Shown: piece by piece, positions 55,865 through 64,000 of the stretch
Position numbering within the stretch: position 1 is the stretch's first letter
Layout of the letters: each line of letters opens with the position of its first letter
Source of the DNA: a virus
Taxonomy: Duplodnaviria; Caudoviricetes
DNA: 64,000 bases
IMG/VR virus record: IMGVR_UViG_3300036987_000310
Span: 128,001 to 192,000 of that record
Direction: 5' to 3' (one strand)
The notes under the pieces: generated by a model
Told to the model about the DNA's origin: nothing
The model's database searches: none
What the model saw: only the letters and a program-made list of their open reading frames with translations
Program-made: the position numbers and the translations under genes

Positions 55865-56191
55865 TCAACTGTTCATCACAGTTCTGGCGCAAACCCAAAG
55901 ACGGAGTTCCACCAAAGCGTCTTCAATCTCAGGACTGGTTGGCGCGTTTCCACCAATCTTGAGAAGCTCCCCGGATTCCAGCATTTTTCCATATTTGTGC
56001 TTGGTTCCGTCGGAGTCCATCGTTGCCAACATAAAGATTCTGTGCGGCCTGCAAAAACTTTGAACAGGCTCATGTGGCTCGAGAACGGCCATGACCAAAA
56101 GAACAACCCCGTCTCCTATGGGACGGGCCCATTCATACTCTTTTTGACGAGACTGCATTGACAACATACTCTGGAACGGTTCCCCGTTCAT
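55865..56191 (-). CDS. Hypothetical protein with tag (TVMNS)
   Basis: Ends VCARTVMNS. Confidence 0.6.
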   Translation of the reverse strand: MNGEPFQSMLSMQSRQKEYEWARPIGDGVVLLVMAVLEPHEPVQSFCRPHRIFMLATMDSDGTKHKYGKMLESGELLKIGGNAPTSPEIEDALVELRLWVCARTVMNS

Positions 56192-56406
56192 TTGGTAGGG
56201 ATGCGCGCGATCACCCCACGACCGTCCACTGTGTGGTGCTTGAAGTCTCGCTGGTTAGTGGTGCCACAGCGCTCGCACTCGTAGTGCCCATGCTTACAGC
56301 AAGTGGTCGGCTCGATGACTTCGAAGTGCCAATTGTCCAACACTGGACCGGCAAGCTCCTCAAGAGTGGTGACGGGTGGTGGGCGCAGCCACGGATGCTT
56401 GTTCAT
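56188..56406 (-). CDS. Small Cys/His protein, MNKHPWL paralogue
   Basis: MNKHPWLRPPP...CCKHGHYECERCG. Confidence 0.6.
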   Translation of the reverse strand: MNKHPWLRPPPVTTLEELAGPVLDNWHFEVIEPTTCCKHGHYECERCGTTNQRDFKHHTVDGRGVIARIPTK

Positions 56407-56456
56407 TATATATGTGTACGCCTCTCGCTTCCACATTTACGTGTTCCGATTGAGTG

Positions 56457-56627
56457 TTAGTCCTCCCTCCAATCCTCCTCCAGACTAGCCGACTTCACGT
56501 CTACGGGGCCGCCGTGGGTCAGTATCTTGGCAACCCTGTCGACTATTAGATCGGCTTCATATTCGGTAACGCCCATCTCATCCAGATCTGCCGTCAACCG
56601 AATTGTCAAAGCATAGGTCTTCTTCAT
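56457..56627 (-). CDS. Small hypothetical protein
   Basis: Start moved to ATG 56627 (ATGA overlap). Confidence 0.55.
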   Translation of the reverse strand: MKKTYALTIRLTADLDEMGVTEYEADLIVDRVAKILTHGGPVDVKSASLEEDWRED

Positions 56628-56776
56628 GTCTCCTCGCTCGTGCACGGTAGCTCTTCTAAGCTTTGATTCCACAGCCTCACCACAGAGTCATCGGCATGGT
56701 TGAACGGAGGATTGACGCGATCGGCAAATTCCTCAGGAGTGATGGGTGGTGAGCACAGCCACGGGTGTTTGTTCAT
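56624..56776 (-). CDS. 50-aa MNKHPWL paralogue (below track cut-off)
   Basis: MNKHPWLCSPPITPEE...; ATGA overlaps on both ends. Confidence 0.55.
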   Translation of the reverse strand: MNKHPWLCSPPITPEEFADRVNPPFNHADDSVVRLWNQSLEELPCTSEET

Positions 56777-57390
56777 TTTATTGCGAGAACTCTTAACGAT
56801 TTGCCGCTATCGCTGATGTCGCATGAGGCAAAGCCCGTCAAAGCTTTTCGAATTTCGTCTTTGCTGTGGTATCTAAACACGGACACATCCATCCCAATGG
56901 ACGGGGAAGCCTGAACATGAAAAACTTTTTTGCCAAAAAATGCCGAGATTTCAAAATGCCTTCGGTCCTCATGCCTGTAAGTGGAAACCTTCCATCTTGG
57001 CTTTGAGAACGCATTGAATGCCAGTCTGCCACCAGGTCTCAAAGCCTTTCTCACCAATTCAAACACTTTGTCCAGGTCCAGATATCCGATGGACTGTCGT
57101 ATGACGCAAACGTCTACTTTTTTCAGGCACACATAAGCTTCGACGTTCTGAACATCCCCCGACACTTGTTTTACTCTTGTGTCTTTACAGCGAGGGTTTA
57201 GATCTATGAGAGTCGGAGCGTAAACAGCGCCGCGGCGAACAGCTTCCAAAGACACCGCTCCAGTTCCTCCGCACAGGTCCATGAGCCTGTCCTTCTTTGG
57301 ATCATAAGACGCCAGGTCCAAAAGGCTTCCTGGGTTTTCAAGCCACCTGGAGTACAACTTCTCATAGGAGCTTGTCGTGCACTTGAACAT
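56773..57390 (-). CDS. Class I SAM-dependent methyltransferase
   Basis: LMDLCGGTGAVS motif I, VSGDV, ALRPGGRLAF. Confidence 0.85.
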   Translation of the reverse strand: MFKCTTSSYEKLYSRWLENPGSLLDLASYDPKKDRLMDLCGGTGAVSLEAVRRGAVYAPTLIDLNPRCKDTRVKQVSGDVQNVEAYVCLKKVDVCVIRQSIGYLDLDKVFELVRKALRPGGRLAFNAFSKPRWKVSTYRHEDRRHFEISAFFGKKVFHVQASPSIGMDVSVFRYHSKDEIRKALTGFASCDISDSGKSLRVLAIK

Positions 57391-57391
57391 G

Positions 57392-57547
57392 TTACTCTCG
57401 CTTCAATTTTTTGATCTTTCGCCGCAGTTTTTTGATCTTTCGCCGCAGTTTTTTGATCTTTCTCGAATTGTCCGAAGCAGGGTAGTACCTCAAATCCGGG
57501 CCATAGCTTCTCTCATTCGTGGCATAGCAAAAACTGTCAATCGGCAT
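57392..57547 (-). CDS. Small protein with (KIKKLRR)x3 basic tail
   Basis: Start moved to ATG 57547. Confidence 0.45.
   Translation of the reverse strand: MPIDSFCYATNERSYGPDLRYYPASDNSRKIKKLRRKIKKLRRKIKKLKRE
57407..57462. repeat. 21-bp tandem repeat, 2.7 copies
   Basis: TTTTTTGATCTTTCGCCGCAG units. Confidence 0.85.
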
Positions 57548-57548
57548 G

Positions 57549-57752
57549 TCACCACTCAATTTCCACGCCGTGCTTCTCGGCTTCTCGGCGAATGTGTTCT
57601 TCCAAAGCTTGCGCCGCAGACACATACTCGTCGTAAGCTTTGCGAAACTCAAGGTCGGAGATCTCCTCGAAAGAGGAATACTGCCTAAAGCAATAATCAA
57701 ACCCATCGTTGTCGATTTTGAACAGCACATTTTCGACTTGATCTTTTGTCAT
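57549..57752 (-). CDS. Small acidic hypothetical protein
   Basis: Start moved to ATG 57752; IDNDGFDYCFRQYSSFEEISD. Confidence 0.65.
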   Translation of the reverse strand: MTKDQVENVLFKIDNDGFDYCFRQYSSFEEISDLEFRKAYDEYVSAAQALEEHIRREAEKHGVEIEW

Positions 57753-58795
57753 ATCAAATTCCCATCCTTGTCTATGCAGGCCACGAATCCGTGCCCCTCG
57801 ATGTTGAACCTTGTCGGATAAGTTTTGCGGAAAGAGTCTCGAAAAGTTCCGGCCGGAGCATATGGAAACGATTCGACTCCCCCCAAAAACTCGTGCATGT
57901 GAACGACGCCTGCCGCTTCCGGGTGATTTTCGAGCACATACCACAGCAGTGGAGCATTCATTGTGGCTTTGTCCCCGTACGTCACGACAAAGTCGTCCAC
58001 AACACGGACGACCGGGCATACATTCGACAAAAGTCTCGGGCCCTTGATTCTTGGAGTAGTCAGCATAAGACCATTCTTGCACCTCACCGCAAGAGACCCA
58101 AAATGCTTGCTTCCCGCGGCCCACCGCCGTTCAAACATCCAAGCATACCTGGCCAGGAGTTTGCTCATGAAGTCGTGCGCATTTTGATCCTGTTCAACAA
58201 GGCCCTCCTTAACCGTGTGGAAATGAACGTCTTCCACCATAGCCCGAAGCTCAGCGTACAACCTGTCAAACTGGTCTTCAAACCGAAGCACAGCGCCGTC
58301 AGGGAAGCACAACATCTTTAGACGAAGATTGCTTTTGTCGTTAGCTATGACTGCATGGGCCCTAGACCTGTCTATCAGTTCCTGAGCCTTGACTATTGTT
58401 GAAGCCTCTTCTTCTCTCGAAGTGAGCTTGCATCCGATGAGCTTGCATTTCGGGTTGGCTTTCCGAATCTCGTCTATGATGTATGGGGTTCGAACAAGCT
58501 TCACGGACACTTCGTCCATGCATGTTGGCATTTTTCCTTCGAACGGCTTTTCCGGAACGTAGTTTGTGACTGCTGCAGCCATCACAGCAGCGTCCGAAAT
58601 TTTTGCCAAATTTATGCACGATTCTAGGTATGCCCGCCATTCCATGTTGTGAATGGACGTCACCTCATGTCCGTGACTGCGCAAGTAGTCTACAAATTGG
58701 AGAGCCCATTTTCCGCGCGCCAAATTGGAAAAAATTTTGTTGTCGTCAAGTTTTCCAAAAACGGGACCGGACGTCACTAGCACTTTTTTCGACAT
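57749..58795 (-). CDS. CoaB/DFP-like ligase domain fused to class II aldolase-like domain
   Basis: VLVTSGPVFGKLDDNKIFSNLARG, MAAAVTNY, KLIGCKL; then GSLAVR...TTPR...NAPLL...VVHMH. Confidence 0.75.
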   Translation of the reverse strand: MSKKVLVTSGPVFGKLDDNKIFSNLARGKWALQFVDYLRSHGHEVTSIHNMEWRAYLESCINLAKISDAAVMAAAVTNYVPEKPFEGKMPTCMDEVSVKLVRTPYIIDEIRKANPKCKLIGCKLTSREEEASTIVKAQELIDRSRAHAVIANDKSNLRLKMLCFPDGAVLRFEDQFDRLYAELRAMVEDVHFHTVKEGLVEQDQNAHDFMSKLLARYAWMFERRWAAGSKHFGSLAVRCKNGLMLTTPRIKGPRLLSNVCPVVRVVDDFVVTYGDKATMNAPLLWYVLENHPEAAGVVHMHEFLGGVESFPYAPAGTFRDSFRKTYPTRFNIEGHGFVACIDKDGNLI

Positions 58796-58838
58796 TTTAC
58801 GACTCTTGAATTAACAGCACTATGTGTCAAACCACACT

Positions 58839-59054
58839 TCATGCGTCATGAATTTCCATGATCAAAAGTTCGTCTCTTGTTTTTTCAACAAATTTCTTTG
58901 ACCAGCGTCCCTCCATCCCAGTCAATAGAAGAAACGTGCGCGCATGCTGGCCGCACCTTGCGTGCAGAACTTCCTGCCTAGGCTCTGACTCCAAGAACCA
59001 TCTGACCGCGACTTTCGAACACTCCGGTATTCCGCATTTTTGCGGAATTTTCAT
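58839..59054 (-). CDS. Small Cys/His protein with tag (EIHDA)
   Basis: CGIPEC...RCGQH; ends LLIMEIHDA. Confidence 0.65.
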   Translation of the reverse strand: MKIPQKCGIPECSKVAVRWFLESEPRQEVLHARCGQHARTFLLLTGMEGRWSKKFVEKTRDELLIMEIHDA

Positions 59055-59114
59055 CCGAACAGGTCCTTCCAGACCCCGTAAAGAATGAACAAAATCCGCT
59101 GGTATGCTGGTATT

Positions 59115-59606
59115 TTACTCATTGTGTATCTCGAATAACGCCACCTCGTCCTTGTCGAGCGTCATAGCTATGTCAAACCGATTTATTGTTTCGTGTTTCG
59201 CACATCTCGGGTAAACCCTGTCAAATTTTGACACATGCCAAACAACGGCATCGCGTTCACATGTCAAACTATGAGTCGGATTTTCTGCCATGAAATGTCC
59301 ACAACGCTTTTCAAAAACTCTGAAATTGTTCTTTATGGCGTTTGGGGAGCTTCCGTACATCAGCCCAAAGTTCAAATGTTTTTCACTCGACATGACGGAG
59401 TCTATTGTGAAAAATGCTTCGTTAACAGTTTCTGCCATCTTTTCAAAAACAAGTGTGAAAGCCGATGGAGCGCAAAATTTCATTCCAACGTTTTTAACAC
59501 CCGGCATCGGGTTGCAAACGTGCAGTTCCGATTTGCAAGACTCTGCCAAAAGACTCATGAGTCGAATTTCCATTTGAGAATAATTGGAATTTCGCATGTT
59601 CATCAT
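59115..59606 (-). CDS. Hypothetical protein with tag (EIHNE)
   Basis: Ends VALFEIHNE. Confidence 0.65.
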   Translation of the reverse strand: MMNMRNSNYSQMEIRLMSLLAESCKSELHVCNPMPGVKNVGMKFCAPSAFTLVFEKMAETVNEAFFTIDSVMSSEKHLNFGLMYGSSPNAIKNNFRVFEKRCGHFMAENPTHSLTCERDAVVWHVSKFDRVYPRCAKHETINRFDIAMTLDKDEVALFEIHNE

Positions 59607-60784
59607 TGTCGTTCATCGCTCAAAATCTCGACCCCATGAGCCAGGCCAACTTTTAGCTTCGCTTTCCGCCCGACCCGAAAAGTTTTAAACTCTTGAAAGC
59701 TTTTCGGGTCGTACACGTGCTTCTCGTTGTTCAGGTCTGAAAACACAACCTGGTAAACCTCCTCTCGTCTTTGACGTTCTTTCTCACCCTGCCCCAGCAT
59801 GACAACAAGTTCTTGTGATTCAGGCCAGGTTGGACTTGTGTCGCGGCCGGAGTGTTTCACAGTTCTGTTGAATTCCCAGTCCCAAACTTTCCATGAATAC
59901 CAGTCTCGGTATCTAGGCTCATACCGATAGTCAGTAACAGTTTTGTATGCAGTTCTAGTGCAAGTTTTCGGAGTGCAACTTTGCCCGCCTCCAGTGCAGG
60001 TTGCCGTGCCGTTGCCATTCGAAGTGCAAGACAGTGGAATGCTGACGCATGTTTGTCCACATGGATAACTTTCCACATAGGGTTCTTGATGACTGCCGGA
60101 GACAACCTTGTCGTGGTGGTGTAGGCGCGAACCTTCATTTTTGACGTCGAATGCATTGTTGTCCGGGTTCCACCCATCTCGGCCCAAAACTTGATACCGA
60201 TCAATGTGAACCCTATACTCCCAGGATGTGTCTGTAACAGAAGCCTCCACAATTTTTGTGCGAAACACAAGCCAAACGACGATTCCAACTAGCACAAGCA
60301 CAGTTGTCGTCAACGCCACCCGTTTCCACGCGGCAGTATTTCGACGAAATGGGTTCCCAACTTCTTTCCATCGGCCGACGGGAGGTTCGCGGGTGGAAGC
60401 GGGAACTTCGTAGCTTTCTGTTGAAACGCTAGGTTCGTCAATCTGTTTAGTTTTTGAAACAGTTTCAGACCCCTCAACGATCGTGGAAATTTTTGCAGTC
60501 CATTGCCTTCGGCCAGAAACTTTGTCGCATCCGCATTCTGAACAGCATTTGTTCAAGCTAGACTGAAGCGACTGACAGTACATGCACTGCCAGTCAGGGC
60601 CTGCTTCGGCTTTTCTCTTTGCCTCGCCACGAAGAGCGTTTGTTTCGCTTATGTCTGACGGAAAATAATCTTCGCAGCCCGGATCCTTTGGGCGCCCACA
60701 GTTCACACAATGCTTTAATAGGCCACCGTTTCCCTTGTGGCCGCAAGTGCAGTCCCACAGCATCTCGATGACATACTTTTGCAT
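59603..60784 (-). CDS. Membrane-anchored protein with two N-terminal Zn ribbons and Cys-rich extracellular domain
   Basis: WDCTC...CVNCG, WQCMYC...CSECG, one TM helix, CGQTC..C..C...C. Confidence 0.7.
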   Translation of the reverse strand: MQKYVIEMLWDCTCGHKGNGGLLKHCVNCGRPKDPGCEDYFPSDISETNALRGEAKRKAEAGPDWQCMYCQSLQSSLNKCCSECGCDKVSGRRQWTAKISTIVEGSETVSKTKQIDEPSVSTESYEVPASTREPPVGRWKEVGNPFRRNTAAWKRVALTTTVLVLVGIVVWLVFRTKIVEASVTDTSWEYRVHIDRYQVLGRDGWNPDNNAFDVKNEGSRLHHHDKVVSGSHQEPYVESYPCGQTCVSIPLSCTSNGNGTATCTGGGQSCTPKTCTRTAYKTVTDYRYEPRYRDWYSWKVWDWEFNRTVKHSGRDTSPTWPESQELVVMLGQGEKERQRREEVYQVVFSDLNNEKHVYDPKSFQEFKTFRVGRKAKLKVGLAHGVEILSDERQ

Positions 60785-60841
60785 GTATCCCCTTACGCAA
60801 CGCCTTTCAACATTTACGCAAGAATACACTCGTGATTTGAA

Positions 60842-61066
60842 TCAGGACATTTTTATCAAGCTGAGCTTGGCGGCTCTTTTCACAGCCTCAATCAAATCAA
60901 GGTCGTCTGATTCTGACAAAAGCCCGGCTTTCACGTCTCTGTCATCATGATCAAATCTGGCCAAAACCATTGGAACTTCCTTTAGACACACATATAGGTC
61001 GAACAGACCGCGCTGGCCAAGGTATACGCAGTGTGTGCACGAATTCATGTATCGAGGTCTTCCCAC
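60842..61066 (-). CDS. Small hypothetical protein
   Basis: CTHCVYLG...DLYVC. Confidence 0.6.
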   Translation of the reverse strand: MGRPRYMNSCTHCVYLGQRGLFDLYVCLKEVPMVLARFDHDDRDVKAGLLSESDDLDLIEAVKRAAKLSLIKMS

Positions 61067-61084
61067 GATATTTCAGGCCAATCA

Positions 61085-62170
61085 ATGGCTCATCGTGTAC
61101 AGTTTGTGATGGCAAAACCAGGTCTTTCAGAGCATTTGTCCTTTGACGACGTTCTCCTGACTCCTCAATATAGCGAAGTGGTCCCGGCAGACGTGGACGT
61201 CAGCACTTCGTTAGCCGGAATAAAGTTAAAAATTCCGATTTTGAGCGCCGCCATGGACACGGTGACTGAAAGCGCCATGATGACGGCCATGGCTGCAGCC
61301 GGCGGCATTGGGGTTTTGCACAAAAATTTGTCCCCGTCCCAACAAATGTTGGAAATCGAAAAAGTCAAAGAATCATGGGGTCACGTTCCGGTTTCTGACA
61401 GGTCTACGGCAATCGCCGTTGGCGTGAACGACTGGCGTGAACGGCTTCTGGCGTGCCGTGGACTCGTGGACCTTGTGGTGATCGATTCGGCACACGGCCA
61501 CTCGAAAAATGTGATGCGGGCTGTTTCAGACATAAGAGCTGAGTTTAAATATGTGAAAATTATGGCAGGAAATGTTGTTACCCCAGAAGCAGTAAGAGAC
61601 CTAGCAACTGCTGGTGCTGATATAATTAAATGTGGGATAGGACCGGGGAGTATTTGCACAACGCGCCTTGTGTCGGGATGCGGAATGCCCCAGTTTAGCG
61701 CGATCATGAGTTGCGCTGAAGAGGCTGACAAACTCTCGGTGTTTCTGGTGGCTGATGGCGGAATCCGATGCTCCGGGGACATAGTGAAAGCGCTAGCTGC
61801 CGGGGCAGATGCCGTCATGATTGGTTCGATGTTGGCTGGAACAACTGAGTCCCCGGGAGAAGTTGTTGACGGACAATGGAAAAATTATAGGGGCATGGGG
61901 TCTGTCGCCGCCATGGAACGCGGTTCAAAAGACAGGTATGGGCAATCCGGCGTCTCTAAGGACAAACTTGTTCCTGAAGGCGTGGAAGCGATGGTTCCAT
62001 ACAAAGGATCCATTGAAGGCATCCTGCACCAGCTAGTTGGCGGTTTAAAGTCAGGGATGGGGTATGTCGGAGCAGCCGATCTGTCTCAACTTCGGTCTCG
62101 TGCAAAATTTGTTCGAGTCACCACGTCAGGGATTCGAGAGAATGGCGTACACGACGTAAAAGTTGGGTGA
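61085..62170 (+). CDS. guaB: IMP dehydrogenase lacking the CBS subdomain
   Basis: LSFDDVLL, SAAMDTVTE, DSAHG, GIGPGSICTTR (catalytic Cys), YRGMGS, VPEGVE. Confidence 0.93.
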   Translation: MAHRVQFVMAKPGLSEHLSFDDVLLTPQYSEVVPADVDVSTSLAGIKLKIPILSAAMDTVTESAMMTAMAAAGGIGVLHKNLSPSQQMLEIEKVKESWGHVPVSDRSTAIAVGVNDWRERLLACRGLVDLVVIDSAHGHSKNVMRAVSDIRAEFKYVKIMAGNVVTPEAVRDLATAGADIIKCGIGPGSICTTRLVSGCGMPQFSAIMSCAEEADKLSVFLVADGGIRCSGDIVKALAAGADAVMIGSMLAGTTESPGEVVDGQWKNYRGMGSVAAMERGSKDRYGQSGVSKDKLVPEGVEAMVPYKGSIEGILHQLVGGLKSGMGYVGAADLSQLRSRAKFVRVTTSGIRENGVHDVKVG

Positions 62171-62181
62171 CTCTAAGTCAA

Positions 62182-62367
62182 TCATCGTCCGACAGGCGGA
62201 CGGAAATCTTTCTCTGTTTTTGGCAGAGGCGACTGTTTGCACTCTATGCAGCGCGCTTCTTCCGCTGTCAATGAAGGAGTTGTCTTAGGGGGCTCTCCAT
62301 CGTCCCTCCATCTGGGCGTCCACTTTCCACACAGCGTGCAATAAAACCCCAGCTCGTAAACCATCAC
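62182..62367 (-). CDS. Small double-CxxC protein
   Basis: CTLCG...CIECK. Confidence 0.5.
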   Translation of the reverse strand: MMVYELGFYCTLCGKWTPRWRDDGEPPKTTPSLTAEEARCIECKQSPLPKTEKDFRPPVGR

Positions 62368-62517
62368 GTCTTTTTGAACGTGTCCAGCATTTTTTCACCA
62401 CTCGCGCATTTCAAGATTATGGGAAGATTTCTAGACAGCCACTTGGCGTCGGAAGCTGAAAACTCTATGGATTTTCCTTCCAAAGAGATTTTCACGCCGG
62501 TTTTGGTTCGCTCGAGC

Positions 62518-62724
62518 TCAATCCCGGACCCATGAGTTTTCATCGTCCACCACCTTATTCACATGATCATAGAAGCTTGGACCCCCGCGACGCGGCTTTC
62601 GCCCCTGTCGACCAAGCACCCATCCCCAAAGCTCCATTACGCACTCGCGACACGCGACGGACTTTGACGTATACTGGGCTCCAGTGCTTGCATGGGCGGG
62701 GCCTCTGCATACGCAGCATTTCAT
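62518..62724 (-). CDS. Small Zn-finger protein
   Basis: CCVC...H...CREC. Confidence 0.55.
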   Translation of the reverse strand: MKCCVCRGPAHASTGAQYTSKSVACRECVMELWGWVLGRQGRKPRRGGPSFYDHVNKVVDDENSWVRD

Positions 62725-62783
62725 TCTTCTTGAATTTCTAGGACAAGCATTTCTTCAGAAACAGACACGCTTCCCGCAGAGCT

Positions 62784-63401
62784 TTAGCATAACCGCACGA
62801 GCCTTTCCGGCTCCGGCACCCAGTCGGGAGCAAGGTCATGGTCATCTTCGTCCTCACCCACAGGCAAGGCAAAACCTACCGGAATGGCTCGCTTCAGACG
62901 GATCTCGGTATTCCAGATCCGCCCCTGGATGCCTTGCCGAAGCATCACTTCCCGCGTCTCCATGTCGATGAGGTTGCTGCCATATATGCACACGTCGGCC
63001 CAATCCGTGGCATTAAGCCATACCCGTTTGACGATGGTGTCCCAGTCCTCGACCACGGTACCGAACGCCTTGGTGAGCACGTCCGGCGTCACAATGGAAC
63101 GAGGTTCCTTGGCTGCGGCTTGTGCTCGCCGATAGGCGTCTTCCAGGGCCTCAATGACTGTGTCCCGCAGCGGCGTGCTTGGGGCGTTCTGCTCGATGAG
63201 CCTCGCCAAGGCGAGGAAGCCCTCCTGCAAAGCCTGAAGCGCCGTAACCTGGCGGTCCTCAAGGGGCCTCGGCGGCCCGAACACATGGTCAATCCTGCTC
63301 ATGGTTCTTTCCTCGTGCCATTGGCTTAGTCGGATTTGATTTGCTTCAAGATACGCTCGACGGTGGGGCGCGTTGACTGTTTCTATATCGAGAACGGTCA
63401 C
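62784..63401 (-). CDS. Putative Acb2/Tad1-like helical hairpin fused to a major-capsid-like segment (start possibly ATG 63302)
   Basis: IDHVF.P..P...Q...L...FL.LA..I...AP.T..R...IEALEDAYRRAQAAA; then VWLNATDWAD...DMET...GIQGRIW...R.IPVG. Confidence 0.55.
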   Translation of the reverse strand: MTVLDIETVNAPHRRAYLEANQIRLSQWHEERTMSRIDHVFGPPRPLEDRQVTALQALQEGFLALARLIEQNAPSTPLRDTVIEALEDAYRRAQAAAKEPRSIVTPDVLTKAFGTVVEDWDTIVKRVWLNATDWADVCIYGSNLIDMETREVMLRQGIQGRIWNTEIRLKRAIPVGFALPVGEDEDDHDLAPDWVPEPERLVRLC

Positions 63402-63862
63402 GCTGAGGCGGTCAGGTCCGCGTTTTTCCTAGCTCTCGCCACAAGCTTTCCAGCGCAAGCCGTGGCAGCAGCATGAATCCTTGGCGGCGGCAAAGACTTA
63501 TCGCCGCGCTTCGTTTCGATGATATGGTAAACGATCGTTCCTTCGATCCCAAGAGCGTGACGAAGTTCGACAATTGAAGAAAGACATGGATTCTTTGAGT
63601 TCAGACGACCGCATGCTTTGTTGTGGGCATGCACCCGATCAAACTCGTCAGGAGGATTGTGTGTGGCTGTCGAATACCTGACATACTTGCCTTCCAGACG
63701 CCAAGCGATCAGCGTGACCGGATGGTTGTCCGAGTTTCTCAGCCAAAATCTTCCAGAGGTTTCCGAGTTGTTCATTGTTGGGTTCTCCATTGTTTCAAAA
63801 ATAGATTTTACACACGAACCCCCGAGATTTCCGGAGACGATTTTTAACAACATGATTGGCAT
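63398..63862 (-). CDS. Hypothetical protein (start uncertain)
   Basis: FWLRNSDNHPVTLIAW...HNPPDEFDR. Confidence 0.6.
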   Translation of the reverse strand: MPIMLLKIVSGNLGGSCVKSIFETMENPTMNNSETSGRFWLRNSDNHPVTLIAWRLEGKYVRYSTATHNPPDEFDRVHAHNKACGRLNSKNPCLSSIVELRHALGIEGTIVYHIIETKRGDKSLPPPRIHAAATACAGKLVARARKNADLTASA

Positions 63863-64000
63863 AAATTGTGCAGGAAGCTTCAGAAAGTTTTAGAAAAGCT
63901 TCAGTACAGCTTTTCTTACAGTTCGATTGAAATTTTGAAAAAGCTTTAACACATAGCGCACAGCGCCATGCAACAATTTCCTCCCGGAAAGCATAATAAT

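Overview
The window is a 64 kb segment of a large (jumbo/huge-type) tailed phage genome, not a cellular chromosome. It is densely packed with small orphan ORFs, mostly on the minus strand and often joined by ATGA/TGATG overlaps. It carries 33 minus-strand tRNA genes (every amino acid except Ser) between about 2.6 and 26.4 kb. Recognisable host-like genes: a divergent EF-Tu, ndk, a CBS-less IMP dehydrogenase, a 5'(3')-deoxyribonucleotidase, an ADP-ribosylglycohydrolase, a STAS protein, a SLOG protein, a metallophosphoesterase, a SAM methyltransferase, a CoaB-like/aldolase-like fusion, HNH nucleases and a papain-like protease next to a Cys-rich lipoprotein. A tail-fibre/receptor-binding locus spans 28.4-44.4 kb: a LamG protein, a tandem paralogue array, collagen fibres and an S74-chaperone fibre. 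The strongest unexplained signal is a conserved C-terminal peptide, roughly hydrophobic-hydrophobic-x-x-[VI]-[MH]-[EDN]-[SEA]-stop (VMES, VMDS, IHES, IHDA...), ending about 35-40 otherwise unrelated small proteins; its codons vary, so it appears selected at protein level. Other notable signals: three small proteins resembling fragments of a major capsid protein (one fused to an Acb2/Tad1-like hairpin), two recurring N-terminal helical motifs, Gly tRNAs with long variable arms and Leu tRNAs without them, tRNA CCA ends fused to start codons, a palindromic operator array, and a 45-bp direct repeat flanking the ADP-ribosylglycohydrolase. No CRISPR array, rRNA, integrase or reverse transcriptase was seen. 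All family assignments are by eye from motifs; no database search was run, and several start codons were adjusted manually.
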